From contig QPMI01000524.1 in the NCBI GenBank assembly GCA_004431415.1, positions 1 to 64,000 of the forward strand: DNA of 64,000 nucleotides. The letters are read 5' to 3'. The notes beneath the pieces are model-generated. The model did no database searches. It saw only the letters and a list, made by a program, of their open reading frames with translations, and was not told the DNA's origin. The stretch comes from Cyanophora paradoxa CCMP329 (taxonomy: Eukaryota; Plantae; Glaucophyta). Every line of letters begins with the position of its first letter. Position 1 is the stretch's first letter. Both the position numbers and the translations under genes were made by a program. Shown here piece by piece: positions 14,471-27,738 of this stretch.

Positions 14471-16868
14471 ATGGCTCGCCTTCCGAAGGCTGCTGCTGCT
14501 GCCGCCTCAGCTGCAGCGGAGAAGACGGACAGCGTGCTCGAGAAGAAGAAGTCTGCCGTAGGCGCGTCACCGTCGAAGCCTGAGATCGGCGAGTCAGCCG
14601 GCAAGTCACAACTCCCTGACATCGACCCGAGCTCGAGTCGGAGTCACCGCCGGTGCCCAGCAAGCCGGTGGGCGGCACGGCGCAGGTTGCGCTGACGGGG
14701 TGCGTCTGCATTTAATCGCTCGCCGAGGCGACATGATCCGGAATTTAGCTGACGGTCAATGCATAAACAGGATGAACGCTGGCGCTCCATCGGAAGGAGC
14801 AGCCGCAGCTGCTGCTCCGGAGGCGGGCCGTCACGCACTTCGAATGGCGGCTTGTACACTGCTGACGTTGACAAAGTGTACGCAGTCCAAGATTGCGCAA
14901 ACATTGTTTAAAAAATGTTACGCTGAATTCCGACGCCGCGTAGGTCCGGAGCTCTCACGGCAAATGGCGCGCCTAAGGAAAATGTGATGCTGTCGTACGT
15001 GGTCCACCCTCATTAGGCCCCATCCGTGATAATCGTCGGAAAATCTGATATCTTGCAGGCCCGTCAAGAAGATGATCGTGAATGTGGGCGCACGTTCACG
15101 GAAATGAAGGAGGGGAGAGACTTTAATGGCGTCGTGCGGATCGCGAACATGCACACCATCACTGGAAAGACTGGAGGCGATACATCCGTGCTACACTGGA
15201 AGATGAGGTGCGCAATGACGTTAAGCCGAACGGGCAGGGACTTTGCCGTCGGAGCTTACGCAAGGCAGCTTGGGACAAAGTGCGCTCCGTATATTCACCG
15301 GAGCCATGGTAAAAAATTCGAAGGAGATACTCTCATCGATCAAGTGAACAAAATAACCGAACAACTGAACATGAGCTGCAACACGGACGAAATGGTGAGT
15401 TGCACTTTACGTGTTACTCTAACGGATATATCAGGATACTGACAAAGATCACATGAAACAGTACCTGATAATGCAAGCCTCCAAAAATGCTCGGCATCTG
15501 GTGAAGGGGACTGCGACTGAAAAGATGGCTTGGCCATTGACGCGAGACCGCAATCTGGCCAAGGAGATCCAGATCAACTCTGGTAATGCAGGTCTAATCA
15601 TATTCGAATCAGTGCATGAGGAGGTCGGTCACTCTTGATTTTATTGTTTGTTCGATACCATATACGCACGCCGTGACCAATTCCCGTGCGCTAGGACTCA
15701 CGTCTCAGCGGGCTTCCCCATAAAATTATGAACATGGATCGCACGTCATTCGTCATGATGCGTTACGACATCGTGTCCGATTTCAAGGCCGCCGCAGTGG
15801 ACTACATGAATGTCAACAAACAGTGCGACTCAAACAGGTTCAGCGAATGTGCGTCAAATGTAATCTGAAGAAAATGGATAAGATTCCATAGTCGTCATAT
15901 TGCGCCTTATCTTTATAGCAGACAATGTTCATTGCGTTATCAAGGAGGAAGAGGACGGATACGTGTGCATGGATAAGCTTGGATTTAAGGTGTCAGCTCG
16001 TTTCGGAGTGAACGCGAAGGTTGATACGCTTGGTGTGCTGTTCGACAACTACAGCAACGATGGGGTTGCAGACATCATCGTTTCGTTCGCGGAGGTGCGG
16101 CAGCTATAACATGGATTTTTACAGAAAGGAATCAGGATTAACTCGTACGACGTGCGTGCAGTTCAAATTCGAGAGACCCTCCGGCACGCCGACCGAACTG
16201 TGGTTTGGCTACTTCTCCGATGTGATGGGCTTGCGGAATACGAGGAGAAAAAGAAGACCCTGCCGGCAGGGTTTGCCACCAAGTCAATCAAAATTCCGGA
16301 TGTGAATGCTCGCTTGCATGCATCTGTACCGTTCGGAAATGCGTCCAACCGACTTGGTGCGAGAGTCCTGCCAATCTGGTTATAGACTGTATACTCATTT
16401 CGTACAGCACTTTTCGCCGGTACCGGTGGTAGTGCCCGACAGGGAGCGTCCCTCTTCTTGCGGCTGCTGGACAAATGTCTGCACCGATGGAAGTCCTGTC
16501 AAGGTCGGGAATGGGAGCTCAGGAACGGGAGCGAATGGGAGCTCAAGCTCGCCGATGGCAGTTTCAGCAATGCACATGCCAATGCAGTCGTGCATGAGCT
16601 TGAAGGAAAATCCGTTCGCGGTCACTCGCGAACGCACCGGAAGTGAGGCATCTTTCCCAACCGGACTGGTTGAGCGCGAGGTACAGACCTACGCAATCAT
16701 GCGCAGCTCATACGTCACGTTACAGCTAAGCCTATCGATGGCGCAGGCAACCATCGCAAAGCGTAAGAAGAGAGGGAACGACAGAGCCAAGACTTCGAAG
16801 AAACAGAAAAGCGAAGACGTGGAGAGGAGGCGGAGGAGGACGATGACGAAGGCGAGGATGAGAATTAA
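14471..16868 (+). CDS. large multi-exon orphan gene with acidic C-terminal tail (frameshifted)
   Basis: Chain of protein-like ORFs (MARLPKAAAAAA...; 15026-15442; 15453-15638; 15900-16109; 16152-16385) with GT-AG junctions, ending EEAEEDDDEGEDEN*. Confidence 0.4.
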
Positions 16869-17214
16869 AGCGAACGATACTCGACACAGCTCCGATCTAT
16901 TTACTTCCATGGGGGTTTTTAATTTGAGACCATTTGGCCTGTACAGCAAAGTGGTTCACGGGTAGTAACTGGGTAGCAAGTATGTAAGCAGTGAGAGTGT
17001 TTTTGTACAGCAATTCGCGTCACACACGAGATAAAGAGTGTACTTGAATATAGATACAGTTTCATGCAACAGAAACAGTAGAGCAGTCCATGCTTCCTGG
17101 ACAAGACATGGAAATCTAGGGCCTATGGATGGCCCGGCGCAGAAGGCGCCACGGCATTTGCGATCAGCGGCGAGATTGCGATGATCAGGGGTTGAGATAA
17201 TGCTAAATTTTCAA

Positions 17215-19317
17215 TTAATATCGCACTAACATACATGTGAACCCGCTACGGAGTACGCTGCGGAAGTCGCAGTAATGGCTCGGGATGCGAATGAGGGCTG
17301 TCGCCCCGCCCGAGTGCCCACGGCAATCTGAGGGACGGTCATCGCACAGCGCAAGGGGTGAGGCTGTCGATGGGCATGTACCAATCCAGGTTGTTTTGGA
17401 GAAGCAGCTAGGCAAGTGACGGCATGGACAACTATGGTACAGGATGCGCATCTGGGAGCCGCTGATGGCATGGGTTCCAAGGTAGGGACGGAGGAGAGCC
17501 CGGAGACTGAGCTTGAGGACAGGATGGTCGAGCTGGCCCAGTGGCAATGTCCAGACGATGTCAGCGGGGCCCGGCGTGAGGTCATAGATAAGGAGGTACT
17601 GGCCACCCCTTGAACGGGTGGCGATGACGAAAAGAGCCCAGCATTGGCAGAAAGGCGGACGCATTAAATCGGGCGTACGCCCTGGGCAGCGGAGCAACGT
17701 GAACGGCCTCGAGAACCATGGGGCAGAGCCAGAGCCAGCAGGCATCGGGCGCAGGCGGACGAGCGCGAGGCGATCCTCCAGGGTAACAATCACGAGTTGG
17801 GCAAGCCGCCGCTCCTCCTCAGGGTAATCTACAGGGGCAGGCCGAATGGAAGCGGCGGCGGAGGCGGCGGGCCCCCGGGCGCCGCGGCAGCGCCGGTGCC
17901 GGCGGCGTGCGCCGCGCTGGGTCGAAGCCTTGCAAGAAGAAATGCACACCTGCACCCCAACGCTTCAATGGCCGGCGGGGTGAGCGCGGCTTGCACCACC
18001 GCGGCGCTTACCCCCGGGACAATGCGGGCCGTGGAGCCAGGGTGGCGGTATCCGCGAGATCTAGAGACGCCAGCACTACCGCGCAACCTCATCACAGGCT
18101 GCGCTGATCTGGGAGATGAGTGACGGGCGAACCACAATTCGGTGTGGGTCCATCGGGGGCTGCGCGTTGAGCAACTCGGCGGAGGGCAAAAAGAGTGCCT
18201 GGATACATCTGCAGGCCCTCTGGTGCGTTTGCGGGAGCAGCCCAACAAATGAGGGGGCGGCGTGCACGTTCCAGAGCCAGCAAAGGTGCAGTAGATCCAG
18301 CGCCCTTCCGCGGTAGGGTCGTGTGTAGAGGCGTCCAACGGGCAGGGCGGAGCGCCGGGATGCCTGGATTTGCCCACCAAGCGGAAGAGGGGGCCCGGCA
18401 GACGGTGGGAATAACCGCTGAGACAGGCAGAGGGTTCGAGTCGCCGCCAGCAGTGCACTCCACCACCGGCCGCCGGCTCTTCAAGTTCGATATCCTCAAG
18501 CGGCCTGTCTGCGCAGGGAGATCAGGGGACAGCTATTGAGTCGGCACGGCGACAAGGACGGCAGTGCGCCTGGGTGCCAACAATCACGATGTTATTGTCG
18601 TGGAGGCTGAAGGTGATGGCGGTCGGCCACTGGGGGTTATCGCTAGGTCCTTCGGCATCGCCCCTCATCAATCCAAACCGTTCCCAGCGCGCGTGCCGTC
18701 CGTACACACTGACCAGGTAGTGTTACAGAGCGTACATTCGAGAGTACGGAGGCGGGGCGCGGGGGTACCTGAAGAGGTAACCTGCGGTGCCAAGGGAGGC
18801 GAGCATGTACGCGTCGTTCTGCGCCAGCGTCGATGCCGAATAGCGAGACATCCTGCATGCAGGCAGGCGCGCGCACGCGAGAGACGGCAAGGGTAGGGAG
18901 GGCGTGGGCCGCCCGATTCGATCCAACGCGATGCAGCGCATCCGGCGGCAGCTCCAGAGAGTGCGTGAACATCAGTGGCACCGCCACGGCCAGAGCACCA
19001 TGCGCTCCGGTAACCTCGGTCGACCCTTGCGATTCTCCACCTTCTGATGGCTGCAGCTGAGGTGCCACTGCCGGCGCCGCACCTGCCCCACCTGGAACGG
19101 CGCCCACCGCGGCGGCGCCAAGGGGGGGGGAGGGTGCCACTGCCTCAGCCCCGCCGAGGGCCGCACCAGGGACCGCTCCGCCTGGGCCAGGGGCGTGTGC
19201 AGACTGAGGCACGGGGATCATTGGCCCACGGGACAGGCGAGAATTGGTTCCACGTCGAGGTCGATTTCCTGTAGTTAGATTAGAACATAAGCAACGGCAG
19301 AGCACCGTGCTGAGCAA
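17215..19317 (-). CDS. possible WD40/beta-propeller protein, fragmented
   Basis: Propeller-like strands QWPTAITFSLHDNNIVIVGT, GRLRISNL and GGQYLLIYDL in consecutive minus-strand ORFs. Confidence 0.3.
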
Positions 19318-19579
19318 CGGCGCACAATGGGGACCATTCCATCAATGTCTAGGGGGCCGGGTGGGGGCGGTTCTTGCTTCGGAGCATCCTTTGGAGCCGG
19401 TCGACGCCAGTGGTACTTCTGCGCTTTTCCGCAGCGATTCAGGCTCGTGACGGAGTCACTAACAGCCGGGCCCGAGAGAGCTGCTGAGCGTGAGGAGCGC
19501 GTAGAGACGTAGCGGAGGGCGAAGCGCACGGCAGATGCCAAAGGAAAAGGCGATAGCAGCGACGGGTGAAGGCCGTGGT

Positions 19580-20349
19580 TCAACCACCTGAGGCAGGACG
19601 CGAACCACCTGTAGATTTCAAATGAAAGATCCGCCTTCCGATGAGGGCGTGCTCACAAATGAATAGGGAGGGATGTCCGCCATCGCCGTTAACGTTGCAG
19701 ACGGCGCAACGTCGGTCGTAAGGGAGCTTGAAGAAGTTGAGTACTGACATTGGGCGTTCTGCGCATGAGTTGGTGCCTGCAGACGAACAGGCAGTCACAC
19801 TTGATCTTGAGCGGGAAGGGATAACCGATGATGAATTCGAGGGCGGGGCTCCATCGCTGGCGGGGGAGCTTGCATGGAATGGAGCGGGTATTGAAGATTG
19901 GCATTGACCGGGACGCAATGGGCCGACAATTGCAAGTGCGATAGCTCTGGATCATACGTATCGGTTTCTGAGCTCGAGCCGGGACTATCGACAAGCTCGA
20001 CGAGCTCCACATTGCCGCTTGCGGGCGGTGACGTCGACGTCGGCAACTCTACGATGTGCTTCCGCTTCTTCCGGCTTTCCATCATGACTTGCGCACTTGC
20101 ACCGGCTTCAGTCTGCGTTCCCTGGTCAACCCTGTGCATGCCTCTCGGATGCAGGCAAAAGTGGGGACGCTGATGCTGCTGGCGCACACTGATAGCGGCG
20201 GACTGCACCTGAACTGGACCGATCTCTTGCCGTGTGGCTGATTCGAACTGCGCATGAACGTCTGCGAGTTCAGCTTGTGCTCTGCCAAGTGCTGCTTCTG
20301 CTAGTTCGACCCTAGCCTGTGCCTCCGCCAATTTGCGGCCAAGATCCAC
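19580..20349 (-). CDS. hypothetical coiled-coil protein
   Basis: LGRKLAEAQARVELAEAALGRAQAELADV heptads, RKKRK NLS-like motif and a Cys-containing C-terminal ORF. Confidence 0.3.
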
Positions 20350-20613
20350 GACTGTTTCACCTGCAGTGCGTTCGAAAGCATACGTTGATGCAGCCTAAGG
20401 CGGCGGACCTCGTCCAGGCGCCGACATGGGCAGATCTCCCTAGCTCGCACGCTGAAACGGGTACATAAATCATTCACATCCCATGCGTTTATATGAGGCC
20501 CTCGGCAGTGACCCAGATCAAATGATCGCCGAACCAGGCTTAGGCGAGCGTCGAGTAGCACTGTTAAATAGCAGGACACTTGGTAAGTATGTCATCACTA
20601 ATCATGGCCACTG

Positions 20614-22589
20614 TCAGGCTACTACATGTACGTCAACCGGAGTCCAGATCGCAGGAGATCTAGAGGCCGAGGGGCCAGCCGACCAAGGCGGTGGATTGTG
20701 GCGAGAGCGTTGCGCAGGCCTTAAAGGACATGCGTCGCACTGTAGAGCGTACTGACACCACGCGCACTTATATCCGGCCTCCACGTCCGGCACACCTGCC
20801 GCGGCGCCTGTCCGTAAAACAAGCACGCCCGGCACAAGAGGTGCATGCGCACCGTATGCAGGGCGATCCCCATCCCAGTATGCTGCAAGATCTACCAGCA
20901 ACGTTGACAGCCATATTGGATTGTATATGCATCCCTCCTCGGCAATGAGACTCCCATCCTGTTGCCACTGCGCAATTTCATATCAGGACGGGCGACGATA
21001 GATATAAACAGGAGAAGAGGACATCACATGGTAGCGGACACGGAGGTCGATATCAGAAAGTGGTACGTAGTTGAGGGCGTTACGTGCAAGGATAGAAAGA
21101 CTTGATAGGTCAAATGATTTAGGCACAATGCCAATCGACAAGGCATGGTCCCTCAGGGCAGGACATAGTTGCACCTGCACCATTTCAATGGGCAAGGGAT
21201 GATTATGTGATTAATTATAAGGACATGGCACGGGGTAGTGAGGCGCACCTCAGAGTCGAGACCCATGTCGCGGCAGAAAGATGACCAGTTAAATGCAGTA
21301 ATCTCGAGGTATTGGGAGGATGTTGCAGGGACCGCAGCCGACTGTAATACGGTCACTAACACATACACAGATGGATATATCATGTGCGTTGCCCCCCAGA
21401 ACATCCGGAACAAATGAGCATAAACGGCATGTATGGGGCAGAAACGGAAGAGAGGGTGCACCAGGCTTGGCAGACGAAGTACAAACTGCGTTAACGTGGT
21501 CTCTGTGCGGCTTATCAGTGCACTAATCTTTCGGCAGGGCGCATGTATAAACTGAGGGGGTCAGGGAGAGGGCCGTAAGCACCGTCTCCGGAGGCGCACA
21601 GGTCTCAGCTTTGAACTCAAGTCCGGAGCAGGTAAGGGTGTGCCGGAGACCCCTATAGAAGAAAGTACAAGACCGTCAAAGAGGCACTTGTACAGTGAGA
21701 GTTGGAGGCGCGTTTGCTCCTTCTGTAACTCCCGCGGTACAGTACGCAGTGCTCGCGTTTTGTGATCGACGATGATTACACGTCCTCTTTCGCGGTCCTG
21801 CGTAGGGGGTGGGCGCCGGCAACGGAAAGCCAAAATAAGCGAACCAGCCGGATCTCGTCAATTATACCAATTAGGAGGAAACCACCAACATAACCAAACA
21901 CTGGCATTCCCTCGTCTGCGATTGCATAGAATGAGTGTACGGACAACCTTGAAATGTCACCAGGGTCGAATGACTACGTACAATGCCCGCCGTGGCAAGC
22001 TCTTGCAGGCAAGCGATGAAGTTCAATAGTCGCACAGCATGTAGGTCTTCAGCAGTCTGCGTACGGTTGAAACCGTTAATGTAACATTGTAAGTATGGAT
22101 ACAGCAGAGTCGTGCTGAATGGTTTTCACACCTCAACGTCAATATCGACGAACGTGTGCAGCTCTGCCTCCAGGGTTTCGTGTCTTCGAGAGCCTTCCTT
22201 CATTGCCGCTGTTTGAATGGGTCGCTCTCCGGTGGTCAGAGCCAGTTCTACTGCCCTTTCACACCACAGCTGCGAAAAACACATAAAATCATCTACAGAG
22301 GTGATTACCACTTGCAAATAAAGACTGAATGCACAAGACCAGTGAGACGCCTAGCGCACCTGAGAGCACAGCTGTGTGACAGAGAAGTAGACCTTCTTGA
22401 ATCTCTTCCGGGAGGATCGGTAGGAAAGAGGTCCTCAATGTCGTTATTTGCGAATTCGTGGGTAGTACTGCATGAACTTCCGAAAGCATGCGTGTTTATT
22501 ACACGGCGATTCGCAGCGGCCGCAGTCAGTGCTGCTTCTATCTCCGCCATCTCTTCATCTCCCACGATCTCCACTTCGATGTGAGACAT
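20614..22589 (-). CDS. EXO5: exonuclease V (Cas4-like PD-(D/E)XK, 4Fe-4S), multi-exon, at least one frameshift
   Basis: Plant-EXO5-type N-terminus VEIVGDEEMAEIEAAL; LWCERAVEL...AMKEGSRRHETLEAEL; MPVFGYVGGFLLIGIIDEI; IIVDHKTR...QTRLQLSLYKCLFD; C-terminal YWDGDR...KCAWCQYALQC Fe-S ligands. Confidence 0.88.
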
Positions 22590-22959
22590 TACACGGACAC
22601 TGCATGCAGAAGACATGATTACTGGATTTTAGGGTGTGGGCAGGGACATAAGCAGGAGTTTGGCACGTGACCTAGAACTCATAGGCGGACGTGAGAAAAC
22701 TAGGTGGTCCCCAAGATAGCGCATCACGGATAAGACTAGTGGCACACAGGTGAAAGCAACAACGTATAAGCGATAGCAGCGGCGGAGGCAGCGGATGATG
22801 AAAGATGGAGCAGAATCACGAAGACCCAACCTGACGGAGATCAGGACGTCAGCGATTTGTGTCTATCTTGAGATCTAGAGCAGGGCTCAGCCTGAACGCT
22901 AACCGCAGCGGTGAGGGCCAGAGGAACAGACGAAGAATTCCGGATGAGTTCTACGCAGC

Positions 22960-23580
22960 CGCCGGCAAGAACGGAGCGCGGTAACAGGTGAGCAGTCGGC
23001 CAAAGAAGCGGCCGGCGGGGGGCAGAGCGTGTTAAGAGGTAAGCAGTAAATGTAGGCTAAAGCAGCGGGCGGCGAGGATGGTACGTCTTAATCGGTGAGG
23101 GCTAGTCGAAAATAGAGGCCGGCGGAGCGGAGCGTGTTTAGCAGGCCAAAGCGAAGGCAATCGGCGGCGGCGGAGCGGCCGGCAGGAGAGGAGCACGCTA
23201 AGCATTCCGAGACTGCGGCCGGCGAGGGCGGAGCGTGTTAACCGGTAGAGGCGACCTAAACGTCGAAGCAGCAGCCGGCGAGGCCGGAGCTTGTTAACCG
23301 GTAAGAGCTAGCTATACGCCGAAGCAGCAGCCGGCGAGGTCGGAGCTTGATAACCGGCAAGGGCTAGCTGTACGCCGAATCAGCAGCCGGTGAGGACGGA
23401 GCGGGATAAGCGGCAAAGGCTAGGGCAAAACGGCCGGCTGGAACGGAGCGCCGGCTGGAACGGAGGCCAGTGCAGCGGCTGGCTGGAACGGAGCGCGGCG
23501 GCTAGAACGGAGTGCGGCCGGCGGAGCGAGCAAGTTTAGGCCAGTGCAGCGGCCGGCTGGAACGGAGCGCGGCCGCGGAG
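22960..23580. repeat. 56-bp minisatellite followed by GGCTGGAACGGAGCG short repeats
   Basis: GAAGCAGCAGCCGG-type core recurs at 23265, 23321 and 23377 (period 56), with degenerate copies upstream; about 5 copies of G(G)CTGGAACGGAG at 23435-23570. Confidence 0.8.
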
Positions 23581-23800
23581 CGCAGGCCAAATCAGTGGCC
23601 GGGGCCGGCGGCCCGGAGTGGCTTAAGCAGGCCGAATCAAACAAGAGCAGGATGCGAGGTCACCTGCCTATGTCATCGGCGCACCTGCGAACTTGCGTCG
23701 AGCCGATCGAAAGGATGGTGGAGACTTGAAAGGGGTACAGGCTCATTGCTAAACGACCGTGGGCCACTATATCTGCACTTTTGGAGTATTGCAATACCTT

Positions 23801-24199
23801 CGACAGAATCTGCGACAGAATCAGTCGATAAAATTCGACTGATTCGGTCGACCGATTCTGGCCCAAAATCAGTCGATCGACTGATTCTGTCGATCGACTG
23901 ATTTTGTCGACCGATTCTGGCGCAGAATCAGTCGATAAAATTCGACTGATTCGGTCGACCGATTCTGGCGCAAAATCAGTCGATCGACTGATTCTGTCGA
24001 TCGACTGATTTTGTCGACCGATTCTGGCGCAGAATCAGTCGATAAAATTCGACTGATTCGGTCGACCGATTCTGTCGCAGAATCAGTCGATCGACTGATT
24101 CTGTCGATCGACTGATTTTGTCGACCGATTCTGGCGCAGAATCAGTCGATAAAATTCGACTGATTCGGTCGACCGATTCTGGCGCAGAATCAGTCGATC
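23801..24199. repeat. left subterminal 107-bp tandem array built of TCGA palindromes
   Basis: GTCGATAAAATTCGAC recurs at 23824, 23931, 24038 and 24145. Confidence 0.95.
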
Positions 24200-24913
24200 A
24201 GTTGTGTTTTATCGTATAATAATTTCACCCTTATCTGTCGATCTATTTCTTATATATATATAATATCAACTGAAATCAATTATAGCCAGTTCTGAAAAAT
24301 ATTGTGTTATATATAATTATACGCAGCCCTTGCTACCGCCTGCTGCATCCGTCCATATGCAGCAATCCTGGACTGGCCCAGGCGCCTTCCCGGACCCAGC
24401 GGTCCAGCATCCCAGCAGGCAGCACAAATAGCCCCCAGCAAATCCGTGTGAGGCAGCGTGGCACGGGGGCCTAGCAAGAGTAGCCAAAGAGACTAGTACT
24501 AGTACTACGTCGGCACGTCCCCCTGCGGCCCGCGGCCAGGGCAAAGGTCTCCGGCCAAAATTGAGCGGCGCCGGCCGCGGGGCGGGCCCGCCGTCACGGC
24601 GGGAGCTCCGAGCTCGCGGGGCCGCAGGGGCCGCGCCCGGTGGCGGCGGCGGGGCGGCGGGGGCGGGCCACCTTCTCCGCGGCGCGCTCCTCCAGGAGGG
24701 CCCGCAGCGCCTCCAGCTTCACCGGCTGCGCCCCGCCGCCCCGTCGGCCTCGGCGGGGGCGGGGCCCAGCGCGAGCACCTCGAGGCGGCGGCGGGAGAGC
24801 GAAGCCCGCGAGTCGATGCGCGGGCGCGGCCTGCGCGGGCGCGCGTAAGGCGGCGCGGGCGGCGGGCGGCGGGCGGGGAAGGGGCGCGGGGCGCACGGGG
24901 TACGCGGCCGGGC

Positions 24914-27608
24914 ATGCACCTCGGCGAGGAGAGGAGGCAGAAGATCAGCTTGCGATCGCTCCGCGTCCGCTGATGGCGAGAGCGACGCGCTCGCTGCGCT
25001 TGGAGAGTCAATCGAAAGAAAAGAAGCGTCCGCGCCGGCGAACGACCGCACCTCGGCCCGAGCGGCCGAAAGCATGATCTCCGAGGCGCCGGCAGCCCGC
25101 GACCGCGACCGCGAGGGCGAGGGCGAGGGCGAAGAGCTCGCTGCGCTCGGATCGAAAGAGAAGAAATATGCGCGACAGCAAACGACCGCACCTGCGCCCG
25201 AGCGGCCGCAAGCATGAACTCCGAGGCCGATCCCAGCAGCCACCGGGCCACACGTCCGGAAAGCGGCACGCGCTGCGCTGCGCACGCCGCCGGCGTTACA
25301 ACAAGATCAAAGGGCGAGCAGTGGAGACAAGAGCGAGCACCTGGCCTGCGGAAGAAGGCGCCGGGCGAACTGGGCGGTGGTGTTCTGCTCGCGGGGACCA
25401 GTCACGCCCGCTCCCTGGCCCGCCAGCGAAATGAGGGATTGAATCAAAGGAGAGGAAACGAAAAGCACCTTGCTTCGCCTTCGCAGCCGCCGCCTACGTT
25501 CGGCGCGTGCCTGTCAGCGGCAGAACGCCCACTGGCGACAGCCGCGGGAGGAATGGACAAAAAAGGCAACAAGGAGGTCGACAGCGATGCGTTCGCGAGC
25601 GTTCGCGGCCGCAACCGGGCGCCAGCCACCCTGAAGCAGCGCTCTGCGTTTGAAATCAGGCGGGCGACAGGCGGCGAGAGGCGCCAGAGGATGCAAGAGA
25701 GGACCTTCGAGCATCGTTCGCGCTGGAAGCCGACGAAGTTCGCTGCGGCGGCAGCAAGTCCGTTCGACCTGGTTTGAAAAGCGGAATCAGAGACGCGGGC
25801 AGCGCTGCGAGACCCCGGAGGAGCCAACGAACCGAGCCGCTGTGAGAGTGAAGCGCGTCCGCGCGGCAGCCTTCAGTCGAGGCTGCAGCTGCTGGCAGCA
25901 AGGCACATGAAGGCGCTTCAAGGCAGCAAGTTTGGGGTACACGACTGTTGGGAAAAGCCTTGTGAGGCCCACAGCGGCAGGGCCGCCGCGGCAGCCGCGC
26001 CGTAGTATAGCTTTCCGAAGCCGCCTGAAGCGATTGCCAACGGCTCGACCTGGCCCTCGGTCCGGAGCGCCTCCCGCTGCGGCACCTTCGCGCGTGCTCG
26101 CAGCACGCAGCGCGAGGCAGCTACAAGCACGTGAGCTTGTAATCATGGGTCCAGCTCCCCCCGTAGCGTCGTCCCTGCGCCGCGCCGATCCACAGCTAGA
26201 TCGACGTCGACCAGCTGCAGGCCCGCAACCCGCGCTGGGTGACTTCGCCGTGCTGGCCGGGCTCTTAAGCTTTGCGTGGCTTTCAGCTCACTTACATCCG
26301 CAGTATCTCTACCAGACAGCCCCGCGGTCGATTTGGAGGGTTGATCATGAGGTGCACACCGGCCGGCGGAGCTCTCTCACATGTTTCGGTTCATAGCGCG
26401 TCCCTCTAAGATGCTCACGCAGTGCCTCTGACTCTGGACTGGCCGGGCGCTGCGTGAGCGCGCGGACCGACGCAACCTCCCGATCGGCGGTCGCCTCGGG
26501 TGCGCCTGCCAAGCACAGCATTTGGCCAGCGACGCGCGAGCGCGTAGCTGACGAGGCCCAGATCGCCAGGATGGGTGAGCCGCCTCGGATCGTCGCAGTT
26601 TGGGAGACATTCTTCTACACTGCCTAGGTGAGCCGGCTGGGCCCGTGCGCGTCGCTGACAGGACGCGTACGCGTCGCTGACGGGGTGCGCCGGTAACACA
26701 GGATACCGGAAAACGCCGCGTGAAGCCCAGGGGCTGGGGTGCGGCGGGTGGCGACGCCGCTCGCGGGCGGGGCGGATCCGGAGGCGCGGCAGGCGGCCGC
26801 GTGAATTCCAGGATAGGGCGGAGGCGCTTCCTGCGGCGCTGCAGCTCGCGGAGGCGGGCGGGCGGCCGGAGGCGCGGCGCGTGGCGGCGCGGCTCGCCGG
26901 GCGGGGCAGAGGCGCGGCGGGCGGCCGCACGGCTCGCCAGGCGGGCCGGGGGCGCGGCGGGTGGCGTCGGCGGCTCGCCGGGCGGGGCGGAGGCGCGGCA
27001 GGCGGCGGAGGCAGCTTGCCGGGCCGGGCGGAGGCGCGGCGGGCGGCCGCGAGGCTCCGCTGGGCGTGGCGGAGGCGCGGCGGGCGGCGGCGAGGCTCGC
27101 CAGGTGGGCCGGGGCGCGGCGGGCGGCGGCGCGGCTCGCGGAGCGGGATGGATCCTCGCGGGCGGCGGCGAGGCTCGCCGGGCGGGGCAGACGCTCGGCG
27201 GGCGGCCGCGCGCCTCGCGGGCCGGGGCGGAGGCGCGGCGGGCGGCGGCGCGCCTCGCTGGGCGGGGCGGAGGCGTGGCGGGCGGCGGCGGCGGCTCGCG
27301 GGGCGGGATGGAGGCGCAGCAAGCGGCGTCGGCGGCTCGCCGGGCGGGGCGAAGGCGCGGCAGGCGGCGGCGGCAGCTCGCCGGGTCGGGCGGAGGCGCA
27401 GCGGGCGGCCGCGAGGCTCCGCTGGGCGGGGCGGAGGCGCGGCGGGCGGCGTCGGCGGCTCGCCGGGCGGGGCCGAGGCGCGGCAGGCGGCGGAGGCAGC
27501 TCGCCGGGCCGGGCGGAGGCGGGGCGGGCGGCGCGCGGCTCGCTGGGCGGCCGGAGGCGCGGCGCGCTGCGGCGCGGCTCGCCGGGCGGGGCAGAGGGCG
27601 GCGGGCGG
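24914..27608 (+). repeat. left arm of ~2.7-kb inverted repeat (includes a GC-rich minisatellite at ~26850-27608)
   Basis: Reverse complement of 30445-33143; mirrored ORFs appear on opposite strands (e.g. 25787-26146 vs 31912-32271). Confidence 0.95.
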
Positions 27609-27738
27609 CGGTGCGCAGGCGCGGCGGCCGGCTGCGCGGCTCGCAGGGCAGGGCGGAGGAGTGGCGCGGCGGAGGCTCGTGGGAAGCCTGCAGATGCTCG
27701 CTCTGTACCGTAGTACTCTTGCGTAGATCATCGGATAT

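Noticed and set aside
23801-24199. CRISPR-like array near a Cas4-like nuclease
   Set aside because: Units repeat in full with no unique spacers; the nuclease is eukaryotic, intron-containing EXO5; the arrays are transposon subterminal repeats.
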